DNA of 13,469 nt from Meiothermus sp. (lineage in GTDB: Bacteria; Deinococcota; Deinococci; Deinococcales; Thermaceae). The notes below the pieces were generated by a model. That model made no database searches, had not been told where the DNA came from, and saw only the letters and a program-made list of their open reading frames with translations. This document shows, piece by piece, positions 1-6,533 of this stretch (positions are counted from its first letter, which is position 1; the number at the start of each line of letters is the position of its first letter). Made by a program: the position numbers and the translations under genes. The stretch is taken from assembly GCA_033762915.1 (NCBI GenBank), contig JANRLD010000102.1, positions 1 through 13,469 on the forward strand, given 5' to 3'.

Positions 1-8
1 GCACCACC

Positions 9-221
9 CGGTTCATCCCCGCGGGTGCGGGGAACACTTGCGCTTCGGCTGCTGGTGCTGGCGCAGCGCCGGTTCATCCCCGCGGGTGCGGGGAACACGA
101 TCGCCGCCTCGCTTAATTTCTTCGCCATGATCGGTTCATCCCCGCGGGTGCGGGGAACACGGCCACGTAGCCCGCGCCGATCTGCCCAATGACGGTTCAT
201 CCCCGCGGGTGCGGGGAACAC
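9..221 (-). CRISPR. Type I-E CRISPR array, leader-proximal end; likely continues beyond the left edge
   Basis: Four identical 29-bp repeats (plus strand CGGTTCATCCCCGCGGGTGCGGGGAACAC; minus strand GTGTTCCCCGCACCCGCGGGGATGAACCG) at 9-37, 70-98, 132-160, 193-221. Unique spacers of 32, 33 and 32 bp, plus a partial spacer at 1-8. The TCCCCGC/GCGGGGA stem is the typical I-E repeat. Orientation follows the repeat consensus and adjacent cas2. Confidence 0.99.
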
Positions 222-226
222 GCTTG

Positions 227-232
227 ATTATA
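227..232 (-). promoter_or_regulatory. Putative -10 box (TATAAT) for array transcription
   Basis: The minus strand reads CCTCGTTATAATCAAGC then the first repeat: a perfect TATAAT 5 nt upstream of the repeat in GC-rich DNA. No clear -35 seen. Confidence 0.55.
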
Positions 233-241
233 ACGAGGTTT

Positions 242-673
242 TCAGCCCGTTGACCCCTCGGAAGTGTCCGAATCCCGAGTGCTTGAGTCGGCATTCTCTT
301 TGTCATGAACCTCCCCCGCCTCTGGGGCGGGGAGTGGCGACTTGCCTTCATACTTGGTGTACTTTCGCGTTCGAATGGCGTGCATCTTCTGCCAATCGGC
401 GTTTTTAACTGCGACCAGTGTTAGGCCCTCGAAGTCTACCAAAGTACGGGTAGTATCGCCGTGGGTGCGCACCTCAAAACCTTGCTCGTTGTTGGTGCGG
501 TACATTTGACAGCAGCGCCCGACAGTTTTCTTCTCCTTGCACTTCTCCCACAACAGGTCGCGCACCATCGCTGACATGCTGCCCACAAACACCCCCGTTG
601 CCACCTCGAGCATCCACCTCGAGAGTTCGCCTCGAAGGGTTTTGGGCACTTTTTCCAGTACGATCACGACCAT
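242..673 (-). CDS. cas2: Type I-E Cas2 with a C-terminal extension of about 50 aa
   Basis: MVVIVLEKVPKTLRGELSRWMLEVATGVFVG...VRDLLW...NNEQGF...LVDFEGLTLV is the typical Cas2e signature; lies between cas1 and the array. Confidence 0.97.
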   Translation of the reverse strand: MVVIVLEKVPKTLRGELSRWMLEVATGVFVGSMSAMVRDLLWEKCKEKKTVGRCCQMYRTNNEQGFEVRTHGDTTRTLVDFEGLTLVAVKNADWQKMHAIRTRKYTKYEGKSPLPAPEAGEVHDKENADSSTRDSDTSEGSTG

Positions 674-685
674 CGGAGATTACTC

Positions 686-1624
686 TTACTCTTGAGTCTC
701 GAGGCCGTATGCAGTGCCGCCTTCCACGTTACCGTCGGGGTCCCACAGTTCGCCGGGAGCCGAAGGGTCGGCGGCATAGGGGTCGGGGAACTCCAAGGCA
801 TCGAATAGGCTGTGTAAATCCGAGACGATGCGCTCCAGAAGTTTGACTTCCTTGAGCCGGTCTCGTAAGGTATGGCGCACCCGCCGCTCCACCCCAGACT
901 CCGACTCGGCCACCACCTTGAAGGCGGTGGGGATGAGGGTCTCGGCCTTATAGAGGTCGGCCACATCATAGACAAACGAAAGCTGCTTGCCGGTGTGGAT
1001 GAAGCCCAGCGCAGGGCTATAGCCCGCCGACACGATGGCGGCGTGGGCCAAACCGTAGAGGCAGGCCGCACCCGCCGAGAGCGCGCGGTTGATGGGGTCG
1101 GCCTCGGCCCACTTGCCCCGGTTGTAGATTCGCCCCTTCCACTCCACACCGGTTTCGCGGCTCCAGCGGGCGTAGGTGTCGCGCACCCGCACACCCTCCC
1201 GGCCCCGGATTTGCTCGAGGGTCAGCTCCTTGGGTAGGCCCTCGGGGAAGCGCATGCGGTACATCCGCTTGACCACCTCGAGGTGTGCCGACGACTCCGA
1301 CCAGGCCTGGGCCTGTCGCATAAGGTTGGCGCTGGAGCGGGTTTCCCCCATCCCACTGGCGTAAAAGCGCATCATCTCCTCGCCCACCCAGAACACCGAG
1401 CAACCGTTGTTGGCAAGCTGCCGAATGGCGGCATGGGTGACAGAAGTTCCGGGGCCGAGCAGCAGCACCCCCAGCGCAGCAGCGGGGATGGCCACGGCCC
1501 CCTCCTGGCTGTAAAACGCCACAGCATGGTCTTGCTGCTCGAGGCGGCCCTGCTCGAGGTAGAGGTACGAGAGCCCGTCGCGGAACTTAGGCAGTTCTTG
1601 GAGGTTACGAGTCTCGTACTTCAC
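686..1624 (-). CDS. cas1: Type I-E Cas1 integrase
   Basis: Motifs LLLGPGTSVTHAA, RGREGVRVR (catalytic E), LGFIHTG (H), FVYDVADLYK (D). Start moved to GTG at 1624 (VKYETRNLQELPK), just after the cas6e stop and an AAGGGGTG SD-like tract. Confidence 0.97.
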   Translation of the reverse strand: MKYETRNLQELPKFRDGLSYLYLEQGRLEQQDHAVAFYSQEGAVAIPAAALGVLLLGPGTSVTHAAIRQLANNGCSVFWVGEEMMRFYASGMGETRSSANLMRQAQAWSESSAHLEVVKRMYRMRFPEGLPKELTLEQIRGREGVRVRDTYARWSRETGVEWKGRIYNRGKWAEADPINRALSAGAACLYGLAHAAIVSAGYSPALGFIHTGKQLSFVYDVADLYKAETLIPTAFKVVAESESGVERRVRHTLRDRLKEVKLLERIVSDLHSLFDALEFPDPYAADPSAPGELWDPDGNVEGGTAYGLETQE

Positions 1625-1628
1625 GCCA

Positions 1629-2234
1629 TCACCCCTTGGCGACGGAGAGGAGCCCAAAGCCCAGCGCCTTGGCATGGCCCAGACCGGTGGCGAGTGTGCG
1701 CTTGAAGCTCTCGAGGTCAGCTATCTTCAAGTGCCCCTCGTAGAGTACGGATTGCACCACGATGGGGCTACCACTAGCGTGCTTATGCATCTTGACCCGC
1801 TCGCTCTGAGCCACCATCGCGCCTAAAACCCTAAAGCCGCCCTTCTCGCCCTGACGGTTGAGCCACTCGAGCTGCTCCGCCATTTCCTTCAAGCCGTGGC
1901 GCTTACTCTGTTTGGTGACGGTGGGGTTGGCCTTGAGGCGGAAGCGTAGGGTTTGGGCGGGTTGGAGGTGCTCGAGGGGGAGAGGTTTGGACCCAGGAGC
2001 TTGGGCGAAGTAGCCGGGGAAGCGCTGGAACAGAATTTCCCAGTTGGGCGATTCGGGGCTCTGCACCAACACTTGAGGCGTTTTGATTTCTTCCAAGCGC
2101 CAGAGGAAGCGGGGTGAGATTTGGTCTTTGGGAACGAAGGCGCGGCAGAGGGTGGCGTGGAGTTGATAGGGGCTGGCGAGGTCGGTGCGGGCTTGTTTGG
2201 AACCTGGGTTCAGGACGAGTTTCGATAGAAACAT
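1629..2234 (-). CDS. cas6e: Cas6e (Cse3/CasE) crRNA-processing endoribonuclease
   Basis: MFLSKL start, YQLHATL, LWRLE, VLVQS, FRLKANPT and C-terminal Gly loop GLGHAKALGFGLL. Confidence 0.97.
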   Translation of the reverse strand: MFLSKLVLNPGSKQARTDLASPYQLHATLCRAFVPKDQISPRFLWRLEEIKTPQVLVQSPESPNWEILFQRFPGYFAQAPGSKPLPLEHLQPAQTLRFRLKANPTVTKQSKRHGLKEMAEQLEWLNRQGEKGGFRVLGAMVAQSERVKMHKHASGSPIVVQSVLYEGHLKIADLESFKRTLATGLGHAKALGFGLLSVAKG

Positions 2235-2971
2235 CAGATCACCCCTTGTACCGAGATTCGCCTCATGGCGACAAAGCCGTACTGGCGAAGCGGGTTGACC
2301 CGGAATGCATCTTGACGGCGGTAGGGGCCGTCCTCTTGCTCAAGATAGGCGACTAGCCTTTCCGGCTTGATCCTCCGCAGCACGGCATCTCGCCCTAGCC
2401 AAGACCACGGATGCTTGTGCAGCGCGTCCTCGAGCCCCTCGTACTGGGCGGTGTAGGCATCAAAGACGGGGCGTGTCGGTACGCAAGACTTTCTGCCGAG
2501 AAAAAGCGTCCAGCGAGGACTCTGCACTGCTTCAGCGATCTCGGCGAGGCTCGGCCCTAGGTGATGCTGGGTTTCTAGTGCAACGAGGAAAGAGGCATCC
2601 TCGAGGTAATAGCGTGGGGAGATAATTGTGGACGGTTCAACTGTCGGGTCTTCTCTGAGCTTTTGAAGCGATTTCGATGTCTTCACTCCGCTGTGCTTAT
2701 ACTCTCTCGCTGCTGTGGGTAAAAAATCTGTTACCGTCTGATAATCCTCGAGAACCCGCCCTGGTGCCTCGACCCGCACCCCAAAACGCAGCCCTCGATC
2801 TAGCTCCTCGAGTCTAGAATCACCCCGCTCGAGGCCCATCGCACAGCCCAACAAGCCGATCACACCTGACTTTGTAGGTTCCGGCTGGGTGTCGCGCACG
2901 TCCCAGCGTGAGCGCCCGCCCCACGACTGTAGCGGCCCCTCGAGCCGAAGTAGTAACACCGGGCTACCCAC
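2234..2971 (-). CDS. cas5e: Cas5e (CasD) Cascade subunit
   Basis: LLLRLEGPLQSWG, PTKSGVIGLLG, DYQTV, RYYLEDA, LGRKSCVP. Start moved to GTG at 2971, preceded by GGAGG (2978-2982) and overlapping the end of cas7. Confidence 0.95.
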   Translation of the reverse strand: MGSPVLLLRLEGPLQSWGGRSRWDVRDTQPEPTKSGVIGLLGCAMGLERGDSRLEELDRGLRFGVRVEAPGRVLEDYQTVTDFLPTAAREYKHSGVKTSKSLQKLREDPTVEPSTIISPRYYLEDASFLVALETQHHLGPSLAEIAEAVQSPRWTLFLGRKSCVPTRPVFDAYTAQYEGLEDALHKHPWSWLGRDAVLRRIKPERLVAYLEQEDGPYRRQDAFRVNPLRQYGFVAMRRISVQGVI

Positions 2972-4148
2972 CCATCGCCTCCTCGAGTTTCTTGTAGAGG
3001 TCAGGCAAGGTGTCAACTTTCTCGGTGCCGCTGACGTTCACAAGGTGCTCGGGTGCGAACCAGAGCCGTCTGTCGGAGCGGAGCCCGAACGCCTGAGTGA
3101 TTTTCTCTATGTGGGTGCCGAAGCGCTCGAGGGATGCCTGCACCAGGCCTTCCGGGCTCTCGGTGTGGTGGACAGGCTTCACAAAGGCGTTGGCGTAGGA
3201 GATAGGGGTGCGAACCGGGCGCACCTCGACCAGCACCGCCGCCGGTAGGGTGTGCGAGGCGAAGGTGTTCTGCTTGCCGCTGGGCGTGACCATTACAGCA
3301 GCCTCGAGCATCGCCAGCACGGCCTTGCGGGCTATCTCGCCGGCCTGCCGTTCCTCCTCTGCGTGCACCTCCTTGTGGATACCTCGACCAGCCATGTTGT
3401 CCACCAGCGCCCGCAGGTCAACCGAGAAATACTTGTAGTAGCAAGCGCTGTTGTACTCAACATCGCCAATCATGTCCGCGCCCGAGTCCTCCTCGCGCTC
3501 CGACTCGTCCTTGCCTTGCAGGTCGTCCACGGCGGTGAAGTAATCGAACTCCGCCTCCACTCGATGGGTGCTGAGGGCGTGGGCCACCTGGCATGAGGCT
3601 TCTACGTCGCGTATAGACTCGTTTGTAACCATCCGCCCAAACAGAGCCACGTCCACCGAGATCGGGCGGAAGCCGTTGCTGACAGCGGCGGCTTGGAGGT
3701 CTTTGGTCTTGACTTTCTCGAAATCCTTGGCGCTCTTCCCCGCCGCCTCACCGCGCACTACGTCAATTACAGCTTGGATGTCCGAGTCGGCTAGGAACAT
3801 GGTCTGGGCGGTTAGGTACTTGCCCGACTTATCAACCGGGCGCTCGGTGCCTTCCTTAGTGCCGAAGCCGCTGGTCTTCTTGGCCGCAAGTTCGGCCAGC
3901 GGTGCTAGCGCTGGGTCTTTGGCGAACGCTTCGCGCACTAGCTCGGGAAGCTGTCGGGTGCGGGTGCCCAGGTGCCCGGCGAGGGTGGTCTGGAAGATGT
4001 CGCTGCGCCGCACGGTGCGCTTGAGGCACTGGCTCGAGATGCGCCCTCGGCGCACCCCGCCGAACACGCACTCCTTTGGGCTGCCGGTGTCGTCTCGGTT
4101 TAGGTTAGAGGGCGAGTGGTTTTGCAGGATGTGAATCTCGATCAGCAT
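2964..4148 (-). CDS. cas7e: Cas7e (Cse4/CasC) Cascade backbone
   Basis: IEIHILQ, SNLNRDDTGSPK, RISSQCLKR, DVALFGRM, DYFTAVDD, PSGKQNTFA. Start moved to ATG at 4148 with GAAGGAG upstream. Confidence 0.97.
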   Translation of the reverse strand: MLIEIHILQNHSPSNLNRDDTGSPKECVFGGVRRGRISSQCLKRTVRRSDIFQTTLAGHLGTRTRQLPELVREAFAKDPALAPLAELAAKKTSGFGTKEGTERPVDKSGKYLTAQTMFLADSDIQAVIDVVRGEAAGKSAKDFEKVKTKDLQAAAVSNGFRPISVDVALFGRMVTNESIRDVEASCQVAHALSTHRVEAEFDYFTAVDDLQGKDESEREEDSGADMIGDVEYNSACYYKYFSVDLRALVDNMAGRGIHKEVHAEEERQAGEIARKAVLAMLEAAVMVTPSGKQNTFASHTLPAAVLVEVRPVRTPISYANAFVKPVHHTESPEGLVQASLERFGTHIEKITQAFGLRSDRRLWFAPEHLVNVSGTEKVDTLPDLYKKLEEAMGG

Positions 4149-4158
4149 GGGGGCTCCT

Positions 4159-4842
4159 TCAGACTTCGATGTCGGTCTCACGCTCAACGGGCGGCTCTGT
4201 GTCACCCGTCTTTAGGGTCGGCTTCAGGGCTCTGGGATCGCCGTAGAAGGCTTGCGCCCACTCCCGCCGGGCGGGGCGGCTGGGCCAGTTCCAGCGCCAC
4301 AGGTCGAGGAGCAACTGGGGCCAGGCGATTTCGCCTTTCCCCGAGATCACGAAACGCACGCACTGACGCAGGCGGAATGGGAGTTCGCCCTGGCCGTCCC
4401 AGGTCAGCTCGGCGTCCAGCAAAAGCCTCAGCCTGCGCTCGAAGCGGCTCTCGCGGCGCTGTGGGTTAGGCTTGGCTTCCATCTTCTTCTCGTGGGCTTT
4501 GGGATCAAACTTGTACTCCACTCCGTCAAGTGACTTGCCCAGATTTGCCGGAGCACCAGCCAGCGCTTCGGTCTCGGCGAAGCGCCTCAGGGCGGCCCTG
4601 TCACCAGACAGCAAGGTAGCGATCAGGAAGATTGTCTCATCGGAAGGAACGGGGCGGCCTTGCCGCTCGGCCTCGCGCCGTATTTGGGCCAGCAAGTGTC
4701 TAAACCAGCCCACATCTTTCGCTTCGGTCAGGGTGCGCCCCTGACTTCGCCGGAGGCTCGCCCCCTGCGCGGTTGAACCCGCGCAGTGCTCCATGAGCGC
4801 CCGCACGATTTGCTCTGCGTCGGAAAGCTCGGGTCTCGTCAT
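4159..4842 (-). CDS. cse2: Cas11 (Cse2/CasB) small subunit
   Basis: Lies between cas8e and cas7; ASLRRS, NLGKSL, ERRLRLLLDA, LRQCVRF, IAWPQLLLDLWRW, RREWAQAFY match Cse2 features. ATGA overlap with cas8e. Confidence 0.92.
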   Translation of the reverse strand: MTRPELSDAEQIVRALMEHCAGSTAQGASLRRSQGRTLTEAKDVGWFRHLLAQIRREAERQGRPVPSDETIFLIATLLSGDRAALRRFAETEALAGAPANLGKSLDGVEYKFDPKAHEKKMEAKPNPQRRESRFERRLRLLLDAELTWDGQGELPFRLRQCVRFVISGKGEIAWPQLLLDLWRWNWPSRPARREWAQAFYGDPRALKPTLKTGDTEPPVERETDIEV

Positions 4843-6533
4843 TCCGCCTTGACTCCTTTCTTCCTTCCAGGCTTGTCGGCCATCTTGCCGTCGGGGGGCG
4901 GAGGGTCGAACACGCGCTTCAGGCCGAACTCGAGCAGCCTCCGGGCGCGGGTCACGCGCTCAAGGGCTTGACTCTTCGTTTCCAAACCCTTGATAGCTAG
5001 ATCAAACCCTGTGCGAGCAGATTTTTCGAGAGTTTTTCGCCATGTATCACGTAAGGACTGGCGTTGGTTAAGTGTGGTTTCTTGGAGAGAGGCCAGTTCT
5101 CCAAGAAGTTCGTCGAACACAGGTCGTAGACTTTCCCAATACCGACGTTCAATGTATGTGATCTTTTTTCTGAAGTTTTCGTACCTAACCTTATCAAAGC
5201 TTTGGTCTTCCCAGCGCCGGAACTTCCTTTTTGATTTGGGGTTGTTAGCAGCTTCATTTTCTTGACGATACCTTTTAGGGTGTAGGTATCCCATGGCACC
5301 GACCAGAACGTTGCAGATCTTCTCAGCACCGCTCATCCAGTCTTGTACTTCGCTCCCGAACACTGAGTTTGTGACCAAAGGTTTTGGAAGCATCAAGGTG
5401 TCGTATTGCCATTCGCAATACTTGGCATCTTGTGTGCGAAAGCCGTACAAGTTAAGACTTAACGACTCCCCACCAGTTAGACCATCACGGGAAAGCTCGA
5501 CGAACTGATCAACAACTCTAGGCCGCTGAAACATTTGCTCCCCATCTTGAATAAGTGCCAGTGCAGAAGTATCCCTCCATAATTCGCGCTCCTCACGCAT
5601 TCTGACTGCATTCAATCCTTCGTCCATCCTCTGATAAGCTACGTTAGGGTCAATCCAAGGAAACGGTTTGCTTTTTTTCACCGAATAATCCTTTGTGCTG
5701 TCGCCCACGCCAAACTTCATACGATGCACCAGCAGTTCATGTATCGAGCCGTCAATACTGCACTTGCCACCCTCACCTAGTATTAACTGGACTCGACGTG
5801 GCATCCAAGTCAATGATTCCAGATACCCAGAGCTAGACCTTACTCCACCAACACTTCTCTCCCACCGCCAAGCGGGTGCATCGGGTAGCGCAGTATCTTT
5901 TCTGGCATAGCTTAGTTCAAACGCACAGAGGTTGAGACATAGGGTCTGGAAAAGATCTTCACCCCTTATTAATGCGTAAATCGGCGGCGCAGCTCCGTTG
6001 ATCGAATAGGGGTACTGGGCATTGGGGCCAGCTTTCATACTCACGGCAAACAGGCCGTAGGCAGCAACAAGCTGGAATGCCGATTTTGCGCTCACTGCAA
6101 ACTCGTCCTCAGTGGCATGGTGAAAGTGATTCACATTAGTGCCTGAAGGCACCGGATGAAGCAAGCCAGCTACCGGCTTCTCCTTTTCGTGCATTTTGCC
6201 AACCTGTAGAAAAGGTCTGTCCTCGTCGAAAAGGTCGAAGCGCGGGTACTTGGCGAAGTAGTCGTCCACTCGAGCTGCCTCGAACCGGCCTCGAGCCAAC
6301 AGCTCGCCCAGCCGCTGGGTGTTCAGCGGTACGCCGGACTCCACGAAGAAGATGTCGCCCATCAGGACTACTAGCAGACGGTACAGCCCGAACTCAACGG
6401 TGGGCAGTTCGTGCCGAATGCCCTGGAATTCGTGCGCCCTCACCAGCGCATCGCGCAACGACAACTCCATTGACGAACCGCCACCGTATACAGGTACACA
6501 CGGCTCCTTACTGGTATCAAAACTCGGTTTCAT
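4839..6533 (-). CDS. cse1: Cas8e (Cse1/CasA) large subunit
   Basis: LSLRDAL, LYRLL, FDLFDEDRPFLQ, PSGTNVNHF, GEDLFQTLCLNL, LTWMPRRVQL, WIDP, ELWRD; directly after cas3 with ATGA overlap. Confidence 0.93.
   Translation of the reverse strand: MKPSFDTSKEPCVPVYGGGSSMELSLRDALVRAHEFQGIRHELPTVEFGLYRLLVVLMGDIFFVESGVPLNTQRLGELLARGRFEAARVDDYFAKYPRFDLFDEDRPFLQVGKMHEKEKPVAGLLHPVPSGTNVNHFHHATEDEFAVSAKSAFQLVAAYGLFAVSMKAGPNAQYPYSINGAAPPIYALIRGEDLFQTLCLNLCAFELSYARKDTALPDAPAWRWERSVGGVRSSSGYLESLTWMPRRVQLILGEGGKCSIDGSIHELLVHRMKFGVGDSTKDYSVKKSKPFPWIDPNVAYQRMDEGLNAVRMREERELWRDTSALALIQDGEQMFQRPRVVDQFVELSRDGLTGGESLSLNLYGFRTQDAKYCEWQYDTLMLPKPLVTNSVFGSEVQDWMSGAEKICNVLVGAMGYLHPKRYRQENEAANNPKSKRKFRRWEDQSFDKVRYENFRKKITYIERRYWESLRPVFDELLGELASLQETTLNQRQSLRDTWRKTLEKSARTGFDLAIKGLETKSQALERVTRARRLLEFGLKRVFDPPPPDGKMADKPGRKKGVKAE

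Noticed and set aside
38..192. Self-targeting of spacers within the window
   Set aside because: No convincing match seen by eye; the rest of the genome was not available.
136..351. 71-aa ORF across the cas2 end and CRISPR repeats
   Set aside because: Translation of repeats and spacer; spurious.
680..693. Tandem TTACTC duplication at the cas1 stop
   Set aside because: Too short to support a function.
1625..4205. Longer track starts for cas1 (1675), cas5e (3016) and cas7 (4205)
   Set aside because: They overlap upstream genes; downstream starts have SD sites and match family N-termini.
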